Numbered from the stretch's first letter, positions 1 through 7,974 are shown. The stretch is 54,496 nucleotides of DNA from a virus (IMGVR_UViG_3300020201_000027:1-54496), one strand, 5' to 3'. Notes: generated by a model from the letters alone, not told the origin. A program made the numbers and translations.

Positions 1-127
1 TGGAGCGGCCGCAACTTCCGCTGCTTCGGCCGCTGCCGGCGGCAACCCTGCAGAGGGCACTTCTGCGGTGGTTTCCAAGGGCAAGAGCAAGGGCAAGGCC
101 AAGCCGCCCGCTGGCTCACCAGAAGCC
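1..127. repeat. Terminal overlap with 54370-54496 (circular assembly overlap)
   Basis: 127 nt identical to the last 127 nt except position 3 (G vs C); falls inside a coding frame that continues across the join. Confidence 0.95.
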
Positions 128-163
128 ACAGGCGTCCCAGCGGAGGAAGACACCGCCTTCTGA
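2..163 (+). CDS. C-terminal part of the Ala/Lys-rich protein starting at 53885 (wraps around the join)
   Basis: Frame continues ...GSPEA-TGVPAEEDTAF then TGA at 161-163, followed by a terminator. Confidence 0.8.
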   Translation, partial: GAAATSAASAAAGGNPAEGTSAVVSKGKSKGKAKPPAGSPEATGVPAEEDTAF

Positions 164-178
164 TCACGACAAGTTCAG

Positions 179-212
179 CCGCCGCGCTCCGTTGGGGCGC
201 GGCGGTTTTTTT
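179..212 (+). terminator. Rho-independent terminator
   Basis: CCGCCGCGCTCC-GTT-GGGGCGCGGCGG stem-loop followed by T7, 15 nt after the stop codon. Confidence 0.85.
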
Positions 213-309
213 GCGCCTATTAGGCACGCTCTAGGAGCTTGGATACCAGCCTCCTCCGCCCGGCTAACCCAGGGATAGCCGGGGACTTTCAGCCTTGGCT
301 ACCAAGCTC

Positions 310-660
310 CTAGAGCCTTCTTTTTGGAGAAACCCGGAAAGCTGACCGGCGGGTGATTGTCATGTGGTGTGGGTTGACGCAGTTTTGTATGCCGCAATTC
401 ATCTGAACTTGAATGCCTTCAGGAATTATCCAGAACAGCGCAGCAATGTGCCGACGCATTGAGAAGCCGCGCTGCTTTGATTTGTCGCGGTATTGTGGAC
501 GCCCCATTCCATCACAAGGCCCAATCCAGACCCAGCACGGTAGATATGGCCCTCGAATGATGTGAGGCTCAACATGTCTCAGCCATCCTTCTGGAATTTC
601 TTTTAGCATGCTTTCCAACGTCAGAAGCGGCATCAGCAGGGTAAATTCGTCATTTGCCAT
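310..660 (-). CDS. HNH-family (zinc-binding loop) endonuclease-like protein, possibly degenerate
   Basis: CWVWIG and CGIQNCVNPHHM motifs typical of phage HNH_3-type proteins. Confidence 0.65.
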   Translation of the reverse strand: MANDEFTLLMPLLTLESMLKEIPEGWLRHVEPHIIRGPYLPCWVWIGPCDGMGRPQYRDKSKQRGFSMRRHIAALFWIIPEGIQVQMNCGIQNCVNPHHMTITRRSAFRVSPKRRL

Positions 661-770
661 CCAGTGATTATACTGAATATATTATGAGATTCAAAGAAAG
701 GACTTTCTGATTAATATGGGTAGGTCTATTCTATTTTAGTAAGAACTCCGCACCTGAACGGAAACATCTG

Positions 771-1436
771 ATGAATGTTTTTTATCTGGACCTAAATCCG
801 ACTGTTTCTGCAAGTTGGTTGGTAGACAAGCACGTCCTCAAGATGGTCCTGGAATACACCCAGCTTCTAGCCAATGCATTCCACATGCCAGGGGCACCAG
901 CGCCACCAAAAACTAGGGCTGGCACCACATATGCAAAGTCGCACTGGGATCATCCTTGTGCTGTGTGGGTGCGTCAGGATTTCAAGCACTGGCACTGGGT
1001 AAAGATGGGGGCATTTGAGTTGTGCCGTCAGTATCAGACGCGCTTTCCAGGAGCCCTTATCAAGCAGCATGCCTGCTATGACGCTCTCGCATACATGGAT
1101 GGGATCAACAAGCTCACCTGGATGCCGCGTAAAAATTGGGTCGATCCTCCGCAGTGCATGCCTGTGGAATTTCAAATTCGCAACGATACAGTTGGTGCTT
1201 ACCGGGCATACTACAAGACCGGCAAAAAGCATCTTCATCAATGGACAGGCGTCAACCCACCGGAGTGGATCGTGCCAAGAAAAAAGACAATTCGTGAACT
1301 CGCAGCTGACCTGATCGACCAGGCAGAGTTGATCATCCCGCACCCGGACAGGTTCCGGCCGGCGGACTTGACCAATGAGGAATGGGGCGAAGTCACACGC
1401 GTCGCACTTGACGTGATCAACGGAAGGATGGAATAA
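771..1436 (+). CDS. Pyrimidine-dimer DNA glycosylase / endonuclease V-like protein
   Basis: MNVFYLD..P, DKHVLKMVLEYTQLL, HPCAVW, PPQCMP and AYRAYY motifs of the phage DenV-like family. Confidence 0.75.
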   Translation: MNVFYLDLNPTVSASWLVDKHVLKMVLEYTQLLANAFHMPGAPAPPKTRAGTTYAKSHWDHPCAVWVRQDFKHWHWVKMGAFELCRQYQTRFPGALIKQHACYDALAYMDGINKLTWMPRKNWVDPPQCMPVEFQIRNDTVGAYRAYYKTGKKHLHQWTGVNPPEWIVPRKKTIRELAADLIDQAELIIPHPDRFRPADLTNEEWGEVTRVALDVINGRME

Positions 1437-1948
1437 TGCCAAAAAACATTCGGTTTCTGCCAATGGTGAGCGATCTGGCCAGCCTGATGACTGCGACCAG
1501 GAAGGTTAAGCTTGATGAAGATGATGTGCTTCACATTGATCGCGAGCTTTGGTTGATCCTGCTCAGCGAGATGGATGATATCCTTAATGTGATAAGACAC
1601 AACAAAGGCCCTGCTGGGATGTGGGTGTCAACCATGATGAACGTGGTTCCTTTCTGCATGAAAGAAAAAATTCCACCGGCAGAGGCTCAGGAATTGGTGC
1701 AATGCCATTGGGCAGATGGCAAGCGCATCTATCCAACATTTCCTGGCTTTGTTGAGCGATGGGACATGCGCTACAATAACTTGGCCTGGCGCTGCCTATG
1801 CAATGAGGACGGCCTGATGCTGCAAAGTCCCAAAAATCCTCTGGTCAGCCACATGCGCAGCTTAATGGCGACTGAGGATGTGCACAGATTTGGTTACGGC
1901 CCCATATTTGGGGACGCTCTCATCCTCAACAAAAATTGCGGCTGGTAG
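1436..1948 (+). CDS. Hypothetical protein
   Basis: 170-aa ORF coupled to the upstream stop (TAATG); C-terminal CNEDG...N...PIFGDALIL resembles DUF3846-like proteins. Confidence 0.65.
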   Translation: MPKNIRFLPMVSDLASLMTATRKVKLDEDDVLHIDRELWLILLSEMDDILNVIRHNKGPAGMWVSTMMNVVPFCMKEKIPPAEAQELVQCHWADGKRIYPTFPGFVERWDMRYNNLAWRCLCNEDGLMLQSPKNPLVSHMRSLMATEDVHRFGYGPIFGDALILNKNCGW

Positions 1949-1952
1949 AGTC

Positions 1953-2093
1953 ATGCAATACGGAAATGGGCCTTTCGATCCTGATGAGCTTCCTCCTGCT
2001 GGCTATCGGTGGATTTGGACCTCGTGGGACGGAAAAATATGGCGCATGAAAGAGGAAATTCCTGTTATGCCAATCAAGGAGACTGAAACATGA
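1953..2093 (+). CDS. Small hypothetical protein
   Basis: Fills the gap between neighbours; stop overlaps the next ATG (ATGA). Confidence 0.5.
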   Translation: MQYGNGPFDPDELPPAGYRWIWTSWDGKIWRMKEEIPVMPIKETET

Positions 2094-2575
2094 AGCTCGC
2101 CGAAAATACCATTCGCCGCATATATCTCGCAAGCAGCTGGCGCAACACGGAGCAACCAGATATGGTGTTGACGCTTCGCAAATGGGGGCATGAGGTATAT
2201 GACTTTCGCAACCCGGCACCGGATGACCAGGGGTTCAGCTGGGCGCAAATTGACGCTCATTGGATGGCCTGGACGCCGGAGTGTTACACCAAGCTTGTCC
2301 GCACCCATCCGATGGCGCGCGCCGGTTTCAGGATGGACCATCAGGCGCTGGACTGGTGCGACACGTGCGTGCTGCTGTTGCCCTCTGGCCGCTCGGCCCA
2401 CCTGGAAGCTGGCTACGCTGCTGGACAGGGCAAGCGCGTGATCGTCTATCTCCAGCCTGAAAAATTCGAGCCAGAACTAATGTATCTGCTGTGTGCCGCG
2501 ATAGTCACCACCAAAGCGCAGCTTAAGCACGCTCTCTTTGCTGGTGACCAGGATTTGTCCGGTGGCTGCGCTTGA
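2090..2575 (+). CDS. Nucleoside 2-deoxyribosyltransferase-like protein
   Basis: IYLASSWRN, D..ALDWCD.CVLLLPSGRSAHLEAGYAAGQGK motifs; AAGGAG RBS. Confidence 0.75.
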   Translation: MKLAENTIRRIYLASSWRNTEQPDMVLTLRKWGHEVYDFRNPAPDDQGFSWAQIDAHWMAWTPECYTKLVRTHPMARAGFRMDHQALDWCDTCVLLLPSGRSAHLEAGYAAGQGKRVIVYLQPEKFEPELMYLLCAAIVTTKAQLKHALFAGDQDLSGGCA

Positions 2576-2612
2576 ATTGAGGCGGCGCAGCACCAAGCAA
2601 GGAGACTGAAAC

Positions 2613-3050
2613 GTGACAATCCTCCGTCTCTGTAACAGTTGTGGCGGCGAAGGCTGGTATAGACCATTAGACCCAGCAGGCAATGCGCCTTCTGAGCGAT
2701 GCCCTCACTGCAACACGGCAGCAGTTGCTGAACAGACGCCAGCTGCTGAACTGATAGCTTCAGACAACAGCATCGAAGAATGGTCGTGGACGTGGGTTAG
2801 ATACAAAGATGGCCCAGTGTTCCCGATGCGCGGCAACAACCCAAATGTGAAAGGCGGCTACTCAATTCACTCACCAGTCATGCATCCAGATGAGGTGCTT
2901 GCCTTAAAGGCAAAGATTTTTAAGCTGTGGACTGCTCTGGATGATTTGATTGGTGATGAATACCGCGGATTTGCAGATGGCTCGCACAATGACAAAAGCA
3001 TCAGGGCGCGAGCATGCGTAGTAAGAGATGAAACGTGCAACAAGGACTAA
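2613..3050 (+). CDS. Hypothetical protein with N-terminal Cys pairs
   Basis: CNSCGGEG...CPHC; the AAGGAGACTGAAAC RBS is shared with the gene at 2090. Confidence 0.65.
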   Translation: MTILRLCNSCGGEGWYRPLDPAGNAPSERCPHCNTAAVAEQTPAAELIASDNSIEEWSWTWVRYKDGPVFPMRGNNPNVKGGYSIHSPVMHPDEVLALKAKIFKLWTALDDLIGDEYRGFADGSHNDKSIRARACVVRDETCNKD

Positions 3051-3054
3051 ATGC

Positions 3055-3297
3055 ATGAGCGAAGATATCATCGTCAAAGTTCAACTGCCTTTGGCCCCAT
3101 TCCTACCATCAAATAGGTGGTTGGCGATGATTTACGATCAACAGCGAAGTCTTATGGAGCAGCGCATGCTGACCCACCAAGAGAAGCTGATGATCAAGTT
3201 CAAGGGAGTCAAGATTTACTGTAATGCCACAAAGAACAAGGCAGGAAATAGCTGGGTGTTGACATCAATTTCTCGCAACCAGCTAAGAAAATGGTAG
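3055..3297 (+). CDS. Hypothetical protein
   Basis: ORF in the early operon; AAGGA upstream of ATG 3055. Confidence 0.6.
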   Translation: MSEDIIVKVQLPLAPFLPSNRWLAMIYDQQRSLMEQRMLTHQEKLMIKFKGVKIYCNATKNKAGNSWVLTSISRNQLRKW

Positions 3298-3321
3298 AGG
3301 CACCAACCATCAAATAAACCT

Positions 3322-3351
3322 CTTCTGGAGCTACTGATTCCTCTCTATTAT
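3322..3351 (+). promoter_or_regulatory. Putative early promoter (CTTCTG-N18-TATTAT)
   Basis: Variant of the repeated element at 4798 and 5866 (CTTCTGGAGCnnCTGATTCCnnTCTAT). Confidence 0.55.
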
Positions 3352-3388
3352 ATATAGGCGGAACTACCGCAAACAAACGGAGAGATCA

Positions 3389-3607
3389 ATGTCTGAAAAC
3401 ATTCGCATGAGCTACTATGCTGCCGGGTCAGGGGACTTGATCGTGGAATGCGGCTTCCAGGACGTTGCTACGGCCAAGATAGAGGGGGCACGCCGTGTGA
3501 AGCTCGGCGTGGTTGATATGTCAGGCTTCGGCATCCTGATTGACGAGGATGATGCCCATTCCATATACTCGTGGAGGCCATACACGGGCGGGTGGATGGA
3601 TCGATGA
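3389..3607 (+). CDS. Hypothetical protein
   Basis: GGAG RBS; downstream of a putative promoter. Confidence 0.6.
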   Translation: MSENIRMSYYAAGSGDLIVECGFQDVATAKIEGARRVKLGVVDMSGFGILIDEDDAHSIYSWRPYTGGWMDR

Positions 3608-3879
3608 GCGCATACGTGTTGGGAAGTCGCGCATTGGCTGGTCGCTACAAACTTGACGTCATTAGTCACAACAAGCGCATTGCTGTTACTATTGGCGTCG
3701 TCGGCAGTTTTTGGTATGCCCGCATCGAGAATGCATCAACCCCGTTCAATGTAGTCATGTCAGCTCTGACAGCGGTCCACGTGTGGATGACTGAGAACAA
3801 GTTCAACCCCGGCAACCACAACGCTCACCCTCCCTGCGTCATCAGCAGCGCCATTATCAAGAACTGGGAAATGGGGTGA
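3604..3879 (+). CDS. Hypothetical protein
   Basis: ATGA overlap with the previous gene and GTGA overlap with the next. Confidence 0.6.
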   Translation: MSAYVLGSRALAGRYKLDVISHNKRIAVTIGVVGSFWYARIENASTPFNVVMSALTAVHVWMTENKFNPGNHNAHPPCVISSAIIKNWEMG

Positions 3880-4127
3880 ATGACAGGGAGCGCGCAATTT
3901 TGCTGTATGTCGCGAGGTTCGGTGCTAGCCGGGTCTCTGACATCTGTCTGCCTGGCAACGGCAATCCGCCAAGCAAATCTGAAATTGATGCCCTTGTCAG
4001 ATCAGGATGGCTGTATCAGGCAAGTCAGACGCCCATAAGTCGGCGCTCAAGCCTGAGAGATGTTGATCAAATCTACTGGGGGCTCACAGAATATGGTGTG
4101 ATGCAGGCAAAGAAGCTGATGAGATAG
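3876..4127 (+). CDS. Hypothetical protein, possible winged-helix
   Basis: Coupled ORF; ...IDALVRSGWL...WGLTEYG pattern. Confidence 0.55.
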   Translation: MNDRERAILLYVARFGASRVSDICLPGNGNPPSKSEIDALVRSGWLYQASQTPISRRSSLRDVDQIYWGLTEYGVMQAKKLMR

Positions 4128-4531
4128 TGATAGCAACGATCGTGAAGATCAAATCGGACAAGGAAGCTAAAGTGAAAGATACAATCACTCCGAAGAATAT
4201 CGCCAAGGCAGAACTCAGCAAAATGCTTGACGACATCTGGATAAAATACAGGAAGGAGTGGGTTGCCAATGGCGCTCGTGGTGCCATGGAGTCAATCTAT
4301 CAGAAAATTGCGGCAGATGTTGCTGATGGCAAGACCAATGAGGAATTGCGCGATCACATCAGGGAGACTGTAAAGGAGATAGGGACTGTGAATTGGTGCC
4401 GCGATAACGGAATCACAGTGAACTACCTCTATCAAGTCTTGTCAGGGCGCAAGCCAATAACAGATCGCATCAGCAGGCTGGCGCGATACAAGCGAACCAT
4501 AACCTTTGTTAGGATGGATGACGATGAGTGA
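4127..4531 (+). CDS. Putative DNA-binding protein with C-terminal Cro-like HTH
   Basis: WCRDNGITVNYLYQVLSGRKPIT resembles a Cro/XRE helix-turn-helix. Confidence 0.6.
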   Translation: MIATIVKIKSDKEAKVKDTITPKNIAKAELSKMLDDIWIKYRKEWVANGARGAMESIYQKIAADVADGKTNEELRDHIRETVKEIGTVNWCRDNGITVNYLYQVLSGRKPITDRISRLARYKRTITFVRMDDDE

Positions 4532-4787
4532 CGCCCCAATTGCCAGAGTTCGGAACCTGGCTGTTATGTCATATGCTTCCGGTTTCACCCAGTGGCACTA
4601 CAAGTTGCCGAATGATCACGCCCCTGAAAACGTCCAAAATGCGCTCTACTGGGATGTCGTCCGAGATATGATCAACGCCGGGGACAGCATCTGCGTGTCG
4701 AACGATGTCTATTCCGCGATGGTTGCGGTCATGGCACATGGGGCGGACTTCCATTATCGCATTTTGATGGAGGCAAAATTCATCTGA
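4524..4787 (+). CDS. Conserved hypothetical protein (alphaproteobacterial-type)
   Basis: NLAVMSYASGFTQWHY...DMINAGDSI resembles a small family I recall from Rhodospirillales/Acetobacteraceae; not verified by search. Confidence 0.6.
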   Translation: MSDAPIARVRNLAVMSYASGFTQWHYKLPNDHAPENVQNALYWDVVRDMINAGDSICVSNDVYSAMVAVMAHGADFHYRILMEAKFI

Positions 4788-4797
4788 TGATCGTGGT

Positions 4798-4849
4798 AGG
4801 CGCTCCAATATAGTCGCTTCTGGAGCGCCTGATTCCGGTCTATACTAGG
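4798..4849 (+). promoter_or_regulatory. 52-nt repeated promoter cassette, copy 1
   Basis: Identical to 5866-5917; 10-bp inverted repeat AGGCGCTCCA/TGGAGCGCCT and TATACT -10 box. Confidence 0.75.
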
Positions 4850-4891
4850 TTTCGGTCGGAAAGGCCGATCAGACCAACAGGAGAAGACATA

Positions 4892-5122
4892 ATGGCCAGG
4901 ATCGACAGAGTCAACCCCATGGACGTTCGCATCAAGAACAAGATCAAGGAGCGTTTGGAGAGGTGTATCCATCTCAGGGAGATAGGAGCGCCAGAATTCA
5001 TCCTCAAGAACGAGCAGGCGATGCTCTTCGTTCACCGGCTGGGACATCTGTTCGCGCCAGACATTCGGCGCAGAGTATTTGCTGCGTGGTTCGACCGTCA
5101 GCCGCCTATCACCAGCGAATAA
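4892..5122 (+). CDS. Hypothetical protein
   Basis: AGGAG RBS downstream of the promoter cassette. Confidence 0.65.
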   Translation: MARIDRVNPMDVRIKNKIKERLERCIHLREIGAPEFILKNEQAMLFVHRLGHLFAPDIRRRVFAAWFDRQPPITSE

Positions 5123-5161
5123 TGAGAGTCAGCCTACCCATCAGACCAACAGGAGAGTGCC

Positions 5162-5419
5162 GTGGTTCTCAATCTTATTCCCACCCCAATCGACAAAATC
5201 ATCAAGGACCGAACTGACCGTCATATTGTCGTTGCCAGGTTTGCGCCTCTCGTGGATGCGATGCGCGGCATCGTCAACGAGATCATCACAGATATGTCTG
5301 ATCTCAAGGTTGGCCCTGAGGTTCTGGCTCCCTGGCAGGACGCGATCAGAGAACTCATCGTCCATCGGCTCACCCAGTCAACCTCCCGGTTCATCCGCAT
5401 TGTTGATTTGGAGGACTAG
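5162..5419 (+). CDS. Hypothetical protein
   Basis: ACCAACAGGAGA RBS shared with the genes at 4892 and 5959. Confidence 0.65.
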   Translation: MVLNLIPTPIDKIIKDRTDRHIVVARFAPLVDAMRGIVNEIITDMSDLKVGPEVLAPWQDAIRELIVHRLTQSTSRFIRIVDLED

Positions 5420-5423
5420 CCTT

Positions 5424-5588
5424 GTGGTCGCTCTGGACATCTGCGTCTATGCTATTCTGGCATATGGCGTATATTCATATGCAAAGTCCCAGGCACCGAT
5501 AGCCGGGGTTGACCATCTCGGGCTTGACCCGGCTATCAAGATCACCATCAACTCCAGCGATGAATGCGGCAACAAGACTGAGTGGTAA
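5424..5588 (+). CDS. Small putative membrane protein
   Basis: GGAGG upstream; hydrophobic ICVYAILAYGVYSY segment. Confidence 0.45.
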   Translation: MVALDICVYAILAYGVYSYAKSQAPIAGVDHLGLDPAIKITINSSDECGNKTEW

Positions 5589-5851
5589 CTCTCCCCAAAT
5601 CAAAGGATGCTAACATGCCCTACATCTGGATCCCGCGCCTCGTAACATATTATGACCAGGTCAACCGGGTCTTGGTGTTTGAGACCATTGATTCATTCAT
5701 CAAGTCTGTCGATACGGCCTATGATAAGTCACCTGTCAAACCAGTCATCTACAGGACAAAAACAGTAGTGATGGTGGAGCACGAGAGCAATTTGGTGGGT
5801 CACCTGGTCTATCGCCCGATCATCCCAAGTGATGCCATCGCCTATCTCTGA
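5582..5851 (+). CDS. Hypothetical protein
   Basis: ORF in the early operon. Confidence 0.5.
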   Translation: MVTLPKSKDANMPYIWIPRLVTYYDQVNRVLVFETIDSFIKSVDTAYDKSPVKPVIYRTKTVVMVEHESNLVGHLVYRPIIPSDAIAYL

Positions 5852-5865
5852 ATGTCTGGAGGAGC

Positions 5866-5917
5866 AGGCGCTCCAATATAGTCGCTTCTGGAGCGCCTGA
5901 TTCCGGTCTATACTAGG
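5866..5917 (+). promoter_or_regulatory. 52-nt repeated promoter cassette, copy 2
   Basis: Identical to 4798-4849. Confidence 0.75.
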
Positions 5918-5958
5918 ATTAGGTCGTAAAGGCCGATCAAACCAACAGGAGACGACAG

Positions 5959-6375
5959 ATGACCCATACAGAAGATGCCCAAAAAATGTTTGATATCTCC
6001 ACCGTCCATATGATCCGCCAGGGTGAGCGAGCAGTCGATGAATCTGGCGCCTGCAAATACCGGACTGCCAACGGCCTGAAGTGTGCGGTGGGAGTCCTGA
6101 TCCCGGATGCTGAATACTCGAAATGGATGGACAGGGCCGGCAGTCTCCACGAGGTTATTCGGACGGCGCATCGCAACAATCTTATGACTCCGACCATTCA
6201 GCTGATGCACGAGCACCGTCTTTTGTTGACCAGTCTGCAGGAGGCGCACGACTATGCCGCTCTGTGGGAAGATGGTATGGTGGCGTTGGTGCATAACCTC
6301 CGCGACACTGCCGCATCATTCAATCTGAATTGTGATGCGTTGGATGCTGCGGTGGCGGCCAGGTCGATCTCCTAA
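5959..6375 (+). CDS. Conserved phage hypothetical protein
   Basis: CKYR....LKCAVGVLIPD...LQEAHD pattern; AGGAG RBS. Confidence 0.7.
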   Translation: MTHTEDAQKMFDISTVHMIRQGERAVDESGACKYRTANGLKCAVGVLIPDAEYSKWMDRAGSLHEVIRTAHRNNLMTPTIQLMHEHRLLLTSLQEAHDYAALWEDGMVALVHNLRDTAASFNLNCDALDAAVAARSIS

Positions 6376-6452
6376 GCATTCTCACCGGTGGTGCATATGC
6401 TAGCGCATAGGCACCACCATCCTGCATCCTCACACTCTGGAACCCACCCCCC

Positions 6453-6860
6453 ATGGCCAAAAATAACTATCAAGAAACTGCTAGGCAGTATCAGATGGAT
6501 GGCAATGTTGCCGTGCGCATATCTACTGGCGAGAGATTGAGCGTTGACGAGAGCCGGGGCATCCGACGCATGGCTGATTGGAGGTCTCGCGCCTCGGATG
6601 GCCTTCCTCACGAATATAGTGATACGGATTGCGTGATCCTCAAAAAGCCATACAAGTTGAAATGCACCTCTGGATGTCAGGAGGCGATCCAGCCCGATAC
6701 TGAGCACGTCCAGTCATTCGAGTATAATAAAAGCGACGATGTTTTGGTAGGTCAGGGAAGGATCACTAGGCATGAGATCGTCTGTGAGGCCTGCTGGAAT
6801 ATAGTTACAGGCAAGCGTATTTCGCAGCAGAGGTTTAGGGAGGAAGGTCCGGGCTGGTAG
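6453..6860 (+). CDS. Hypothetical protein (Cys pairs)
   Basis: 135-aa ORF with CTSGC and CEAC; no clear RBS. Confidence 0.5.
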   Translation: MAKNNYQETARQYQMDGNVAVRISTGERLSVDESRGIRRMADWRSRASDGLPHEYSDTDCVILKKPYKLKCTSGCQEAIQPDTEHVQSFEYNKSDDVLVGQGRITRHEIVCEACWNIVTGKRISQQRFREEGPGW

Positions 6861-6984
6861 GTCGAATGGTAGGGCGCCTAGGAGCGTGGTAGGGCTTGAT
6901 CAGGGGAGGGGGGAGCTAGGGCTACCGCGGAAAGTGGTAAAGGCTGGTTAGCAAGGCGTAGGGGGGTGTAGCGGGCTTTGAAAG

Positions 6985-7372
6985 TGACTACGCGCGCGCG
7001 CTGGCGCTCCCCCGCGCGTAAGATGACCCTACGCCGGAATTTTTAGCATGAAACATTTTTTGTTCGATGCTATTCGTTTTAACTGGCGTAGACGTAGACT
7101 GAAAAAAGAGACTAGGATTAATGTTTTATTATCAGGTAGTTATATACTGTTATGAGCAGTATTGAGGTCTACTCCATATAATGGATGGCGTAGACCTTTG
7201 CTGAGTATATTATTTAGACTGGGGGTAGTTTGCGGCTATATGTAGGTATTAGTGAAATATGTTGCGGGAAATTCGATGATGGTGCCACCGTGTTCTATGC
7301 TACAGATATTTCGAGCCGTAGGGTCATCTTAGGCGCGCGATATGCGCGAGCGCGCCTACGCGCGCGTAGTCA
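6985..7372. repeat. Inverted-repeat-bounded element, copy 1 (origin candidate)
   Basis: Outer IR TGACTACGCGCGCG (6985/7372), inner IR TAAGATGACCCTACG (7019-7033/7317-7331), AT-rich core; homologous to 36815-37058. Confidence 0.75.
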
Positions 7373-7686
7373 AGTGATGAAGCTTGTATTCATGGCGTTT
7401 GTTAGTGTATGCTGTTGGTGGTGCGTTGAATGTTGTGTGGCGTGTTGCCCGGCTATTAGTGTCATTGGGTGTTTTTTGTGGTAATTGGCTGGTTGGTGTG
7501 TGGTTGTTCACAACAACTTGACGCTGAAAAACACACACATGAAACTCGTATGCACACATACAAAAATAAGCAATAATATCAGGCACTTATCACAAATAAA
7601 GCTCCGGCAAATTAACACAGCGTTCAGAGTTTCAGTTGCCCCGCAATCTATTCTGGCGACCTCTGGCTGAGTTTCAACAGCCAATC

Positions 7687-7932
7687 ATGTGAAACTCAAA
7701 CTCAACTAGCTGCATGACGACCTAGAAAAGAGTCATGTGAAGCTCAAACTCAATCCCACTCAACACCTAGACCAAACCGACCCTGTGCATGACGACCCTG
7801 TGCATGACGACCCTGAGTTTGAGTTTCACACATGTTTCACCCAGACCAGACCAGACCAGACCAGACCAGACCAATGCATGACGACCCTGAGTTTGGAACT
7901 CACATTCACAACCTGAGTTTGAGTTTCACACA
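7687..7932. repeat. Mixed repeat array
   Basis: TGCATGACGACC x4, TGAGTTTGAGTTTCACA-like motif in both orientations, (CCAGA)6 at 7841-7870. Confidence 0.85.
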
Positions 7933-7942
7933 CGCCCCCCAC

Positions 7943-7974
7943 AAAAAATAGCCGAGGCTCATTGCCCCGGCTAT
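7943..7974 (-). terminator. Rho-independent terminator of the leftward operon
   Basis: Minus strand ATAGCCGGGGC-AATGA-GCCTCGGCTAT followed by a T run, just after the stop at 7980. Confidence 0.8.

Noticed and set aside
1-127. Biological direct terminal repeat
   Set aside because: 127 nt matches a common assembler k-mer length and the repeat lies mid-gene.
4127-4531. Lysogeny module
   Set aside because: Only a Cro-like HTH is seen; no integrase, transposase, partition genes or CI-like repressor is recognisable in the genome.
7230-7484. Similar peptides (ISEICCGKF) in ORFs 7230-7484 and 36950-37162 as paralogous genes
   Set aside because: The similarity comes from the shared DNA element; neither ORF has a convincing RBS and conservation is limited to DNA motifs.
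7687-7932. Repeat array as CRISPR
   Set aside because: Repeats are short, in mixed orientation and partly tandem, with no unique constant-length spacers.
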